Assembly: GCF_902652985.1 (NCBI RefSeq)
Contig: NC_047016.1
Span: 23,250,001-23,314,000 of the forward strand
DNA length: 64,000 nt
Direction of reading: 5' to 3'
Source of the DNA: Pecten maximus
Lineage: Eukaryota
Shown here: positions 40,490 to 56,622 of the stretch, piece after piece
Layout of the letters: every line of letters begins with the position of its first letter
Numbering within the stretch: position 1 is the first letter of the stretch
Position numbers and translations under genes: made by a program
Notes under the pieces: model-generated
Database searches by the model: none
What the model saw: only the letters and a program-made list of their open reading frames with translations
Told to the model about the DNA's origin: nothing

Positions 40490-41115
40490 ACGTCATCCTT
40501 AGTCTCCATTCTGATCATCATCGCCACAACATACGGACCGAACGATGTCTTCTAAACTGATCAATCATATTGGAAACTCCCGGCTATTCATGGTTTTACT
40601 GTTGCAACGAGTACATATACATTATAAAATCAAATGAAATAGGGACTAGATATACCTATCATTGTTGTACCTGTATACTGTCCAGTAGTTAATTATTGAA
40701 ATTGCGTGGGAGTCTACTCGTGCTATAGGAATTTATCAATATATAGTGTACAGTGAGCATGTCATCTGTCAGTCATACGTTAGTGTAGATCATAGTTGGA
40801 CTGATATCGGAATTAACTCATACAATGTATTCCCCCAAACTAAAATAGCATTGGTATGCTTTGTACATGTAGGTATCAATCTTGTAGGAATGTGTTGTAG
40901 TCAGAATTTTAAAATCATATAGATAAAACTACAAGTGGTTGAGTTATCAATTGTTGTTGATTTTTACCTCAATATAATTACCACGGCGAAATAATAATAT
41001 CAGCTTCTTTATTTGTTTGGTTCAGAATCACTATGGCAGTCAAATATATAGATACTTGTTCTGTTTTGATGTTATAGACGTTTATATTACCTACTAGAGA
41101 GAATACTAGTCCCGT

Positions 41116-42662
41116 GTATGTTACTGTACGTAACAGTATCTTAGTGTCCACAGAATTATGGGGACTATATGGTATGTTACTGTACGTTACAGTATCTTAG
41201 TGTCCAACAGAATTACGGGGACTATATGGTATGTTACTGTACGTTACAGTATCTTAGTGTCCAACAGAATTACGGGGACTATATGGTATGTTACTGTACT
41301 TTACAGTATCTAAGTGTCCAACAGAATTACGGGGACTATATGGTATGTTACTGTACGTTACAGTATCTTAGTGTCCAACAGAATTACGGGGACTATATGG
41401 TATGTTACTGTACGTTACAGTATCTTAGTGTCCAACAGAATTACGGGGACTATATGGTATGTTACTGTACTTTACAGTATCTAAGTGTCCAACAGAATTA
41501 CGGGGACTATATGGTATGTTACTGTACTTTACAGTATCTTAGTGTCCAACAGAATTATGGGGACTATATGGTATGTTACTGTACTTTACAGTATCTTAGT
41601 GTCCGACAGAATTATGGGGACTATATGGTATGTTACTATACTTTACAGTATCTAAGTGTCCGACAGAATTATGGGGACTATATGGTATGTTACTGTACTT
41701 TACAGTATCTTAGTGTCCAACAGAATTACGGGGACTATATGGTATGTTACTATACTTTACAGTATCTAAGTGTCCGACAGAATTACGGGGACTATATGGT
41801 ATGTTACTGTACTTTACAGTATCTTAGTGTCCGACAGAATTACGGGGACTATATGGTATGTTACTGTACTTTACAGTATCTTAGTGTCCGACAGAATTAT
41901 GGGGACTATATGGTATGTTACTGTACTTTACAGTATCTTAGTGTCCGACAGAATTATGGGGACTATATGGTATGTTACTGTACTTTACAGTATCCTAGTG
42001 TCCGACAGAGCTACGGGGACTATATGGTATGTTACTGTACTTTACAGTATCTTAGTGTCCAACAGAATTACAGGGACTATATGGTATGTTACTGTACTTT
42101 ACAGTATCTTAGTGTCCAACGGAATTATGGGGACTATATGGTATGTTACTGTACTTTACAGTGTCGTAGTGTCCAACAGAATTACGGGGACTATATGGTA
42201 TGTTACTGTACTTTACAGTGTCGTAGTGTCCAACAGAATTATGGGGACTATATGGTATGTTACTGTACTTTACAGTATCTTAGTGTCCGACAGAATTACG
42301 GGGACTATATGGTATGTTACTGTACTTTACAGTATCTTAGTGTCCAACAGAATTATGGGGACTATATGGTATGTTACTGTACTTTACAGTATCTTAGTGT
42401 CCAACAAAATTACGGGGACTATATGGTATGTTACTGTACTTTACAGTGTCGTAGTGTCCAACAGAATTACGGGGACTATATGGTATGTTACTGTACTTTA
42501 CAGTGTCGTAGTGTCCAACAGAATTACGGGGACTATATGGTATGTTACTATACTTTACAGTATCTAAGTGTCCGACAGAATTACGGGGACTATATGGTAT
42601 GTTACTATACTTTACAGTATCTAAGTGTCCGACAGAATTACGGGGACTATATGGTATGTTAC
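41116..42662. repeat. 57-bp tandem array
   Basis: GGTATGTTACTGTACTTTACAGTATCTTAGTGTCCAACAGAATTACGGGGACTATAT, about 27 units. Confidence 0.97.
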
Positions 42663-43466
42663 CCCATCATTTTGATGGTTTGGAATAAAACTTACATTCA
42701 CATCACTTATATACATGATGTCAATGATGTCGGGTCTCGTAAATGTAAGTGCGTCCTATAAATACAAATCCTACCGTGATGTTTATTAGTAATTTTGCAG
42801 TGGAGGATTTCACTTAGCAAGGGGGAAAACCCAGACATCCTTATATATGTTGGTACAGTCATACCGGGAAATCCTGTATGGAGTTAAGTCACGACAAAAA
42901 AAGTTAAGTACAACACTTATAATACTCATGTGATAATTACACACAAAATAGATGTGCACGTGTGTTTAGTCGTAAAGCCATGGTACTGCTACAGCCGTGT
43001 ATTTAGTCATGGTGGTAATCCGCAATAAAAAGGAAGAAGGAAATTGAAAACAATAAGACTGTCAAACACTAAAAAAAATATCGAATACGTTTGCAATATT
43101 TCATTAAAGCATATTTTAAAATAAAATCAAAATCAAAACACATAAAGGTAAGCAAACAATTTTAGAAAACATTATAATTTAGTTATTAAGCTATGAACAC
43201 GCTGATAGCAGGCAACACGAGGAAATTGAATGACTCCATTCAACATTATGTTATAATTGAACCTGTACTAATATAAGCTAAACATAGGTCAATAAGTAAT
43301 ATGTTTGTCAATCAGTAAATGAACATGTTTTTTATTCAGACCATACACAAACTTGAACCAATACATAATTTGAGTATGATATCTTATACTGAAGTCACGT
43401 TATGTCAGTTATACACACTGTAATTTTCTACGAAATACTATTAATTAATATGGGAAAGTAGATTAA

Positions 43467-45806
43467 AACACTGAGAGAATAATTCACAATATAACACACA
43501 CTGAGAGAATAATTCACAATATAACAAACACTGAGAGAGTAATTCACAATATAAAACACAGAGAGAGTAATGCACAATATAACACACACTGAGAGAGTAA
43601 TTCACAATATAACACACACTGAGAGAGTAATTCACAATATAACACACAATGAGAGACTAATTCACAATTTAACACACTGAGAGAGTAATTCACAATATAA
43701 CACACACTGAGAAAGTAATTCGCAATATAACACACACTGAGAGAGTAATTCACAATATAACACACAATGAGAGACTAATTCACAATTTAACACACTGAGA
43801 GAGTAATTCACAATACAACACACACTGAGAGAATAATTCACAATATAACACACACTGAGAGAGTAATTCACAATATAAAACACACTGAGAGAGTAATTCA
43901 CAATATAACACACACTGAGAAAGTAATTCACAATATAACACACACTGAGAGAATAATTCACAATATAACACACACTGAGAGAATAATTCACAATATAACA
44001 AACACTGAGAGAGTAATTCACAATATAAAACACAGAGAGAGTAATGCACAATATAACACACACTGAGAGAGTAATTCACAATATAACACACACTGAGAGA
44101 GTAATTCACAATATAACACACAATGAGAGACTAATTCACAATTTAACACACTGAGAGAGTAATTCACAATATAACACACACTGAGAAAGTAATTCGCAAT
44201 ATAACACACACTGAGAGAGTAATTCACAATATAACACACAATGAGAGACTAATTCACAATTTAACACACTGAGAGAGTAATTCACAATACAACACACACT
44301 GAGAGAATAATTCACAATATAACACACACTGAGAGAGTAATTCACAATATAAAACACACTGAGAGAGTAATTCACAATATAACACACTGAGAAAGTAATT
44401 CACAATATAACACACACTGAGAGAATAATTCACAATATAACACACTGAGAGAGTAATTCACAATATAACACACACTGAGAGAGTAATTCACAATATAACA
44501 CACACTGAGAAAGTAATTCACAATATAGCACACACTGAGAGAGTAATTCACAATATAACACACACTGAGAAAGTAATTCACAATATAACACACACTGAAA
44601 GAATAATTCACAATATAACACACACTGAGAGAATAATTCACAATATAACACACTGAGAGAGTAATTCACAATATAACACACTGAGAGAGTAATTCACAAT
44701 ATAACATACTATGAGAGAGTAATTTACAATATAACACACACTGAGAGAATAATTCACAATATAACACACTGAGAGAGTAATTCACAATATAACACACACT
44801 GAGAGAGTAATTCACAATATAACACACATTGAGAGAGTAATTCACAATATAGCACACACTGAGAGAGCAATTCACAATATAACACACACTGAGAGAGTAA
44901 TTCACAATATAACACACACTGAGAAAGTAATTCACAATATAACACACACTGAGAGAGTAATTCACAGCATAACACACACTGAGAGAGTAATTCACAATAT
45001 AACACACACAGAGAGAGTTATGCACAATATAACACACACTGAGAGAGTAATTCACAATATAACACACACTGAGAGAGTAAGTCACAATATAACACACACT
45101 GAGAGAGTAATTCACAATATAACACACTGAGAGAGTAAGTCACAATATAACACACACTGAGAGAGTAATTCACAATATAACACACACTGAGAGAGTAATT
45201 CACAGTATAACACACAATGAGAGAGTAATTCACAATATAACACACATTGAGAGAGTAATTCACAATATAACACACACTGAGAGAGTAATTCACAGCATAA
45301 CACACACTGAGAGAGTAATTCACAATATAACACACACAGAGAGAGTAATGCACAATATAACACACACTGAGAGAGTAATTCACAATATAACACACACTGA
45401 GAGAGTAAGTCACAATATAACACACACTGAGAGAGTAATTCACAATATAACACACACTGAGAGAGTAATTCACAATATAACACACTGAGAGAGTAATTCA
45501 CAATATAACACACGGAGAGAGTAATTCACAATATAACACACAATGAGAGTAATTCACAATATAGCACACACTGAGAGAGTAATTCACAATATAACACACA
45601 CTGAGAGAGTAATTCACAGTATAACACACTGAGAGAGTAATTCACAATATAACACATTGAGAGAGTAATTCACAATATAACACACAATGAGAGTAATTCA
45701 CAATATAACACACAATGAGAGAGTAATTCACAATATAACACACTGAGAGAGTAATTCACAATATAACACACACTGAGAGAGTAATTCACAATATAACACA
45801 CACTGA
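43467..45806. repeat. 30(28)-bp tandem array
   Basis: CACTGAGAGAGTAATTCACAATATAACACA units. Confidence 0.97.
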
Positions 45807-45893
45807 TGAAGTAATATACAGGTAAAGTATGTGATTGAGGGATATAGCAAGTTTCTGATGTCCCGAGACCAGGTTTATTTCCCGAGGCGAAGC

Positions 45894-48800
45894 ATATACT
45901 GGAGTGTGACCATTACTGGAGTGTGACACATACTGGAGTGTGACCTAATCTCAAGTGTGACATATACTGGAGTGTGACCTAATCTCAAGTGTGACATATA
46001 CTGGAGTGTGACCATTACTGGAGTGTGACACATACTGGAGTGTGACACATACTGGAGTGTGACCATTACTGGAGTGTGACACATACTGGAGTGTGACACA
46101 TACTGGAGTGTGACCATTACTGGAGTGTGACACATACTGGAGTGTGACACATACTGGAGTGTGACCATTACTGGAGTGTGACACATACTGGAGTGTGACA
46201 CATACTGGAGTGTGACACATACTGGAGTGTGACCATTACTGGAGTGTGACACATACTGGAGTGTGACACATACTGGAGTGTGACCATTACTGGAGTGTGA
46301 CACATACAATATAACACTGATAAATATTACATTGGAGTGTGAGGATAAGGAGTTAACGTTATTTCCACTGAGGACTACTGGGTGACAATACGAGTGATTA
46401 TATTGACCTAACGAGTACTATCTGGAGTGACTTACTGGAGGTGACATTACTGGATGGATAACTATGTGACATCTGGAGTGTGACTTACGGTGTGACCTAC
46501 TGGAGTTATATATGGAGTGTGCCATACTGGGTGACCTATACTGGATTGACATTACTGGAGTGTGACTATACTGGAGTTTGAATATGAGTTTGACCTATAC
46601 TGGAGTGTGACTTCTGGTGTACATACTGGAGTGTATCTGATGTGACCTATCTGGAGTTGATTACTGGAGTGTGACCTATCTGGGTGTAATACGGATTGAC
46701 AATACTGGAGTTGACTATCTGGATGTGACTATACTGGAGTGTGACCTATACTGGAGTGTGATAACTGAATGTGACATCTGAGTGTGACCTTACGGAGTGA
46801 CTTACTGGAGTGTGACACTGGATGTGAATATACTGGAGTGTGACCTATACTGTGTGCCCATACTGGAGGTGACATTACTGGAGTGTGACACACTATCTGC
46901 AGTGTGACCTTACTGGAGTGTGACCTGTACTGGAGTGTGACTTAAACTGGAGTGTGCATGATAATAACTGATGTACTATACTGATGTGACTAACTGGAGT
47001 GTAATTCATATATGAGTGTGAATTACTGAATGTGACATCTTATGGATTACTGGTGACTTACTGGATGTGACAATACTGGAGTGTGACCATTACTGGATGT
47101 GACTATACTGGTATGTGACTACGATGTGACTTACGAGTGTGACTACTGGAGTTGACATATTGAGTGTGACTATACTGGAGTTGACTATACTGAGTGTGAC
47201 TATACTGAGTGTGACATATACTGGAGTGTGACATATACTGGAGTGTGACATATACTCGGAGTGTGACCTATATGGAGTTGACATATACTGGAGTGTGACC
47301 TATACTAAATGTGGGACCATTTACTGGAGTGGAAATTATACTGGAGTGTGACCTATACGAAAGTGTGAACCTTACTGGAGTGTGACCATATACTGGAGTG
47401 TGAATATACTGGGTGTGGACCTATACTAAGTGTGACATATACTGGAGTGTGACCTATACTAACGGGTTTGACATTATACTGGAGTGTGACATATATGGAG
47501 TGTGGACCTTACTGGAGAGTGTTGACATACTACTGGATTGTGACCCTATACTTGGCGTGTTGACCTATCCTGGCGATTGTGACCTATACTGAAGTGTTGA
47601 CCCTATACTGGAGTTGTGACCATTATACTGGAGTGTGACCTAATCTCGAGTGTGACCATTACTGGAGTGTGACATATACTGGAGTGTGACCTGTACTGGA
47701 GTGTGACCTATACTGGAGTGTGACCTATACTGGAGTGTGACATATACTGGAGTGTGACATATACTGGAGTGTGACCTATACTGGAGTGTGACCTATACTG
47801 GAGTGTGACCATTACTGGATTGTGACATATACTGGAGTGTGACATATACTGGTGTGTGATCTATACTGGAATATGACCTATACTGGAGTGTGACCATTAC
47901 TGGAGTGTGACATATACTGGAGTGTGACCATTACTGGAGTGTGACATATACTGGAGTGTGACCTGTACTGGCGTGTTACCTATACTGAAATGTGACCTAT
48001 ACTGGAGTGTGACCTATACTGGAGTGTGACATATACTAGAGTGTGTTATATACTGGAGTGTGACCTATACTGGAATGTGACCATTACTGGAGTGTGACAT
48101 ATACTGGAGTGTGACATATACTGGAGTGTGACCTATACTGGAGTGTGTTATATACTGGAGTGTGACCTATACTGGAATGTGACCATTACTGGAGTGTGAC
48201 ATATACTGGAGTGTGACATATACTGGAGTGTGACATATACTGGAGTGTGACCATTACTGAAGTGTGACCAATACCGGAGTGTGACCTATACTGGAGTGTG
48301 ACATATACCGGAGTGTGACATATACTGGAGTGTGACCTATACTGGAGTGTGACCTATACTGGATTGTGACATATACTGGAGTGTGACAAATACTGGAGTG
48401 TGACATATACTGGTGTGTGACCTATACTGGAGTGTGACATATACTGGAGTGTGACATATACTGGAGTGCGATATATACTGGAGTGTGATATATACTGGAA
48501 TGTGACTTGTACTGGAGTGTGACTTATACTGGAGTGTAACATATACTGGAATGTGACAAATACTGGAGTGTGACATATACTGGAATGTGACCTATACTGG
48601 AATGTGACATATACTGGCATGTGACCTATATTTCAGTGTGACCTATAATGGAGTTTGACCTATTCTGGATTGTGACCTATGCTGGAGTGTGACCTATACT
48701 TGAGTGTGACCTATACTGCAGTGTGACATTTACTGGAGTGTGACCATTACTGGAGTGTGATCTATAATAGAGTGTGACCTACACTGGAGTGTGACCATTA

Positions 48801-51800
48801 CTTGAGTGTGACATATACTGGAGTGTGTTATATACTGGAGTGTGACCTATACTGGAATGTGACCATTACTGGAGTGTGACATATACTGGAGTGTGACCTA
48901 TACTAAAGTGTGACATATACTGGAGTGTGACATATACTGGAGTGTGACCTATACTAAAGTGTGACATATACTGGAGTGTGACCTATACTAAAGTGTGACA
49001 TATACTGGAGTGTGACATATACTGGAGTGTGACCTATACTGGAGTGTGACATATACTGGATTGTGACCTATACTGGAGTGTGACATATACTGGATTGTGA
49101 CCTATACTAAAGTGTGACATATACTGGAGTGTGACATATACTGGAGTGTGACCTATACTGGAGTGTGACCTATACTGGAGTGTGACATATACTGGAGTGT
49201 GACCTATACTGGATTGTGACATATACTGGAGTGTGACCTATACTGGAGTGTGACCTGTACTGGAGTGTGACCTATACCGGTGTGTGACATATACTGGTGT
49301 GTGACACATACTGGAGTGTGTCATATACTGGAGTGTGACTTGTACTGGTGTGTGACACATACTGGAGTGTGACATATACTGGAGTTTGACCTATACTGGA
49401 GTGTGACCTATACCGGTGTGTGACCTATACTGGTGTGTGACACATAGTGGAGTGTGACATATACTGGAATGTGACCTATACTGGAGTGTGACATATACTG
49501 GAGTTTGACCTATACTGGAGTGTGACCTATACTGGTGTGTGACCTATACTGGTGTGTGACAAATACTGGAGTGTGACATATACTGGTGTGTGACACATAC
49601 TGGAATGTGACATATACTGGCATGTGACCTATATTTCAGTGTGACCTATAATGGAGTTTGACCTATTCTGGATTGTGACCTATGCTGGAGTGTGACCTAT
49701 ACTTGAGTGTGACCTATACTGCAGTGTGACATTTACTGGAGTGTGACCATTACTGGAGTGTGATCTATAATAGAGTGTGATCTACACTGGAGTGTGACCA
49801 TTACTTGAGTGTGACATATACTGGAGTGTGTTATATACTGGAGTGTGACCTATACTGGAATGTGACATATACTGGATTGTGACATATACTGGAGTGTGAC
49901 CTATACTGGAGTGTGACTTGTACTGGTGTGTGACACATACTGGAGTGTGATATATACTGGAGTGTGACCTATACTGGAGTGTGACTTGTACTGGTGTGTG
50001 ACATATACTGGAGTTTGACCTATACTGGAGTGTGATCTATACTGGAGTGTGACCATTACTGGAATGTGACCTATACTGGAGTGTGACATATACTGGAATG
50101 TGACCTATACTGGAGTGTGACTTGTACTGGTGTGTGACACATACTGGAGTGTGATATATACTGCAGTGTGACCTATACTGGAGTTTGACCTATACTGGAG
50201 TGTGACCTATACTGGTGTGTGACACATACTGGATTGTGACATATACTGGAGTTTGACCTATACTGGAGTGTGACCTATACTGGAGTGTGACCTATACTGG
50301 AGTGTGATAAAAACTGATATGTGACCTATTCTTGAGTGTGACCTCACTGGAGTGTGACCTATACTGGAGTGTGATAAAAACTGAAATGTGACCTATTCTT
50401 GAGTGTGACCTATACTGGAGTGTGACATATACTGGAGTGTGACCTATACTGGAGTGTGATAAAAACTGATATGTGACCTATTCTTGAGTGTGACCTTACT
50501 GGAGTGTGACCTGTACTGGAGTGTGACATAAACTGGAGTGTGACAAATACTGGAGTGTGACATATACTGGTGTGTGACCTATACTGGAGTGTGACATATA
50601 CTGGAGTGTGACATATACTGGAGTGCGATATATACTGGAGTGTGATATATACTGGAATGTGACTTGTACTGGAGTGTGACTTATACTGGAGTGTAACATA
50701 TACTGGAATGTGACAAATACTGGAGTGTGACATATACTGGAATGTGACCTATACTGGAATGTGACATATACTGGCATGTGACCTATATTTCAGTGTGACC
50801 TATAATGGAGTTTGACCTATTCTGGATTGTGACCTATGCTGGAGTGTGACCTATACTTGAGTGTGACCTATACTGCAGTGTGACATTTACTGGAGTGTGA
50901 CCATTACTGGAGTGTGATCTATAATAGAGTGTGATCTACACTGGAGTGTGACCATTACTTGAGTGTGACATATACTGGAGTGTGTTATATACTGGAGTGT
51001 GACCTATACTGGAATGTGACATATACTGGATTGTGACATATACTTGAGTGTGACCTATACTGGAGTGTGACATATACTGGAGTGTGACCATTACTGGAGT
51101 GTGACCTATACTAAAGTGTGACATATACTGGAGTGTGACCTATACTAAAGTGTGACATATACTGGAGTGTGACATATACTGGAGTGTGACCTATACTGGA
51201 GTGTGACATATACTGGATTGTGACCTATACTGGAGTGTGACATATACTGGATTGTGACCTATACTAAAGTGTGACATATACTGGAGTGTGACATATACTG
51301 GAGTGTGACCTATACTGGATTGTGACATATACTGGAGTGTGACCATTACTGGAGTGTGACATATACTGGAGTGTGACATATACTGGATTGTGACCTATAC
51401 TGGAGTGTGGCCTATACTGGAGTGTGACCATTACTGGAGTGTGACCATTACTGGAGTGTGACCATTACTGGAGTGTGACCATTACTGGATTGTGACATAT
51501 ACTGGAGTGTGACATATACTGGTGTGTGATCTATACTGGAATATGACATATACTGGAGTGTGACCATTACTGGAGTGTGACATGTACTGGAGTGTGACCA
51601 TTACTGGAGTGTGACATATACTGGAGTGTGACCATTACTGGAGTGTGACATATACTGGAGTGTGACCATTACTGGAGTGTGACCATTACTGGAGTGTGAC
51701 ATATACTGGAGTGTGACCTGTACTGGAGTGTTACCTATACTGAAATGTGACCTATACTGGAGTGTGACCTATACTGGAGTGTGACATATACTAGAGTGTG

Positions 51801-54800
51801 TTATATACTGGAGTGTGACCTATACTGGAATGTGACCATTACTGGAGTGTGACATATACTGGAGTGTGACATATACTGGAGTGTGACCTATACTGGAGTG
51901 TGTTATATACTGGAGTGTGACCTATACTGGAATGTGACCATTACTGGAGTGTGACATATACTGGAGTGTGACATATACTGGAGTGTGACATAAACTGGAG
52001 TGTGACCATTACTGAAGTGTGACCTATACCGGAGTGTGACCTATACTGGAGTGTGACATATACCGGAGTGTGACATATACTGGAGTGTGACCTATACTGG
52101 AGTGTGACCTATACTGGATTGTGACATATACTGGAGTGTGACCATTACTGGAATGTGACATATACTGGAGTGTGACCTATACTGAAGTGTGGCCTTTACT
52201 GGAGGGTGATCTTTACTGGAGTGTGACATATACTGGAGTGTGACTTATACTGGAGTGTGACCATTACTTGAGTGTGACATATACCTGAGTGCGACATATA
52301 CTGGAGTGTGACATATACTGGAGTGTGACATATACTGGAGTGTGACCTATACTGGAGTGTGACCTATACTGGAGTGTGACATATACTGGAGTGTGACCTA
52401 TACTGGAGTGTGACCTGTACTGGAGTGTGACCATTACTTGATTGTGACATATACTGGAGTGTGACATATACTGGAGTGTGTCATATACTGGTGTGTGTCA
52501 TATACTGGATTGTGACCATTACTGGAATGTGACCATTACTGGAGTGTGACCTATACTGGATTGTGACCATTACTGGAATGTGACCATTACTGGAGTGTGA
52601 CATATACTGGATTGTGACCATTATTGGAGTGTGACATATACTGGATTGTGACCATTACTGGAGTTTGACCGATACTGGAGTGTGACCTATACTGGAGTGT
52701 GACCTGTACTGGAGTTTGACCTATACTGGAGTGTGACCTGTACTGGAGTGTGACCTATACTGGAGTGTGACCTATACTGGTGTGTGACATATACTGGAGT
52801 GTGACCTATACTGGAGTGTGACCTGTACTGGAGTGTGACTTATACTGAAGTGTGAGCTATACTGGAGTGTGACATATACTGGAGTGTGACATATACACTG
52901 TACTGGAGTGTGACCTATACTGGATTGTGACCATTATTGGAGTGTGACATATACTGGAGTGTGACCTATACTGGATTGTGACATATACTGGAGTGTGACC
53001 TATACTGGAGTGTGACCTATACTGGAGTGTGACCTATACTGGAGTGTGACCTATACTGTAGTGTGACCTATACTGGTGTGTGACATATACTGGAGTGTGA
53101 CCTAAACTGGAGTGTGACCTATACTGAAGTGTGAGCTATACTGGAGTGTGACATATACTGGAGTGTGACCTGTACTGGGGTGTGACTTATACTGGAGTAT
53201 GACATATACACTGTACTGGAGTGTGACCTATACTGGAGTGTGACCTATACTGGAGTGTGACCTATACTGGAGTGTGACCTATACTGGTGTGTGTTATATA
53301 CTGGAGTGTGACCTATACTGGAGTGTGACATATACACTGTACTGGAGTGTGACCTATACTGGAGTGTGACCTATACTGGAGTGTGACCTATACTGGTGTG
53401 TGACATATACTGGAGTGTGACCTAAACTGGAGTGTGACCTATACTGAAGTGTGAGCTATACTGGAGTGTGACATATACTGGAGTGTGACCTGTACTGGGG
53501 TGTGACTTATACTGGAGTATGACATATACACTGTACTGGAGTGTGACCTATACTGGAGTGTGACCTATACTGGAGTGTGACCTATACTGGAGTGTGACCT
53601 ATACTGGTGTGTGTTATATACTGGAGTGTGACCTATACTGGAGTGTGACATATACACTGTACTGGAGTGTGACCTATACTGGAGTGTGACCTATACTGGA
53701 GTGTGACCATTACTGGAATATGACCTATACTGGAGTGTGACCATTACTGGAATGTGTCATATACTGGATTGTGACATATACTGGAGTGTGACATATACTG
53801 GAGTGTGACCATTACTGGAGTGTGACATATACTGGAGTGTGACCTATACTGGATTGTGACCTATACTGGAGTGTGGCCTACACTGGAGTGTTACCATTAC
53901 TGGATTGTGACATATACTGGAGTGTGACCATAACTGGAATGTGACATATACTGCAGTGTGACATATACTGGAGTGTGACCATTACTGGAGTGTGACATAT
54001 ACTGGAGTGTGACCTATACTAGAGTGTGACCTATACTGGGGTGTGACATATACTGGAGTGTGACCTACACTGGAGTGTGACCATTACTGGAGTGTGACAT
54101 ATACCGGAGTGTGACCTATACTGCAGTGTGACATATACTGGAGTGTGACCTATACTGGAGTGTGACCTATACTGGAGTGTGACCTATACTAGAGTGTGGC
54201 CTACACTGGAGTGTGACATATACTGGAGTGTGACCTACACTGGAGTGTGACCATTACTGGAGTGTGACATATACTGGAGTGTGACCTATACTGCAGTGTG
54301 ACATCTACTGGAGTGTGACCTATACTGGAGTGTGACCTATACTGGAGTGTGATATATACTGGAGTGTGACCATTACTGGAGTGTGACCTATACTGGAGTG
54401 TGACATATACTGGTGTGTGACACATACTGGAGTGTGACCTGTACTGGAGTTTGACCTATACTGGAGTGTGACCTGTACTGGAGTGTGACCTATACTGGAG
54501 TGTGACATATACTGGAGTGTGACCTATACTGGAGTGTGACCTGTACTGGAGTTTGACCTATACTGGAGTGTGATCTATACTGGAATGTGACCATTATTGG
54601 AGTGTGACCTATACTGGAGTGTGACATATACTGGATTGTGACCTATACTGGAGTGTGACATATACTGGAATGTGACATATACACTGTACTGGAGTGTGAC
54701 ATATACTGGAGTGTGACATGTACTGGAGTGTGACCTATACTGGAGTGTGATCTATACTGGAGTGTGACCTATACTGGAGTGTGACCTATACTGGAGTGTG

Positions 54801-55258
54801 ATCTATACTGGAGTGTGACCTATACTGGAGTGTGACCATTACTGGAGTGTGACATATACCGGAGTGTGACCTATACTGGAGTGTGACCTATACTGGAGTG
54901 TGACCATTACTGGAGTGTGACATATACTGGAGTGTGACCATTATTGGAGTGTGACCTATACTGGATTGTGACCTATACTAAAGTGTGACATATACTGGAG
55001 TGTGACCTATACTGGATTGTGACCTATACTAAAGTGTAACATATACTGGAGTGTGACCTATACTGGATTGTCACCTATACTAAAGTGTGACATATACTGG
55101 AGTGTGACATATACTGGAGTGTGACCATTACTGGAGTGTGACATATACTGGAGTGTGACCTATACTAAAGTGTGACATATACTGGATTGTGACCTATACT
55201 GGAGTGTGACATATACTGGAATGTGACATATACAAGAGTGTGACCTACACTGGAGTGT
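45894..55258. repeat. 17-bp satellite, ~9.4 kb
   Basis: TACTGGAGTGTGAC(A/C)TA units. Confidence 0.97.
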
Positions 55259-55329
55259 TATTCGTGAATGACACAACTGAGGCCAAGAAAAAATTACTGT
55301 GAAATCGTGGCAGTAATTTAATTTCTAGC

Positions 55330-55445
55330 TGACATTTCCAGTTTGGTGGCAAACTCTAGATTATTGGCATTCTCATGGGAACAGTTGTGACCCTCTCTTG
55401 GCCGACATGTTCTTGTTTTCATACGGGGTTGATTTCGTCGAAGGG
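55330..55445 (+). mobile_element. Degraded Penelope-like RT fragment
   Basis: FQFGGK..IGI.MGT..PLLAD.FLFSY motif, frameshifted. Confidence 0.5.
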
Positions 55446-56041
55446 CTTATCACACGGTCGCCAGCCTTCCTACTCACAACCATTCTGATATGAAAAAGTG
55501 GGCGTGCGTGCGTGTGTGGTAGGAGTTGGCTGCCTGAGGGATTTGAACACGAATGTCCACCTATCTGTAGGTTTTGTTTTTGGGGGATGCCAGGTTATAC
55601 CAGACAAGGGCATTATTATTTTTCTTGTCATAAATTTTAACAGTAGTCTACGAGTAACAAATAGAGATCAAATCACAGATTCGTTTACAAGTCAGTCTTC
55701 ACTTGTTTACTTCTATACCAAAACCTCCCACCTTATGCCCCCTATGCACATAGGCATATACTAAAATCAGAAAAACAAATATGCAACAATTTACAATTGA
55801 TATAATCACCAAGAAAACAATTCTCCTTTAGGTCAGTTCAGCGAGTATAAATACCTCCGATCAGAAAGTCTCGGTTCGCACAGCTCAGTATTATTAAGAC
55901 ATGATTCGATTGGTAACGTGATAAAATGGTCTTTTGTGTTTGAGTGATTAGACAGTTTTATATATTTATAACCCAAGCAGTTGAATGCTCACTGATTTAT
56001 CAGAAAAAAAAGCCAAGGGAAATTGCTTTACTGTTAATTTG

Positions 56042-56042
<1 letters not shown>

Positions 56043-56088
<46 letters not shown>

Positions 56089-56095
56089 TTATTTA
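56043..56095. repeat. (TTTA)n microsatellite
   Basis: Directly visible. Confidence 0.9.
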
Positions 56096-56622
56096 TATAT
56101 TTACTATTTTTATTTTTAAATAATTAGTCTACCCTGAACGGCATAACCTGGATTTATTATGTTTGATAAAACACATGGCCGAACCTGTGCCACCATAAAC
56201 AGCGTTGTTCTATTATGTCCACTTTAAAAGTTTGAAGCGATATACTTATGAATTATATATTTCGGCATATACATTATGCAAAGGCCTGTACAAATGAAGC
56301 TAAACATCTCATATTGCAAACTGCTAGCAACAGTGTTGTGCAACATACCGATATTAATACAAATCCTTATTTCCTACTGAAAATCGATAAAACAAGGGAA
56401 ACAATCTGTGAAAATGATATCCTGTTAGTCATTGATATATATATAACTACATAAAAAAGGGTGAAATACTGCATTAATACTTAGTCAATAAATTATACCT
56501 TAATAACGTACTATGTAGCTATTACATGTCCTGGACACGTCAAACCTTAGCTGAATGATGGCGATCACTGGGGTCTTCTGTACACTCAACATATTTCTCA
56601 TTAATGTTGTAACTGATTTGTG

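Noticed and set aside
46320-47640. Highly degenerate stretch inside the 17-bp satellite
   Set aside because: Dominated by scattered 1-nt indels between clean flanks; more likely low-quality consensus than biology, though not provable here.
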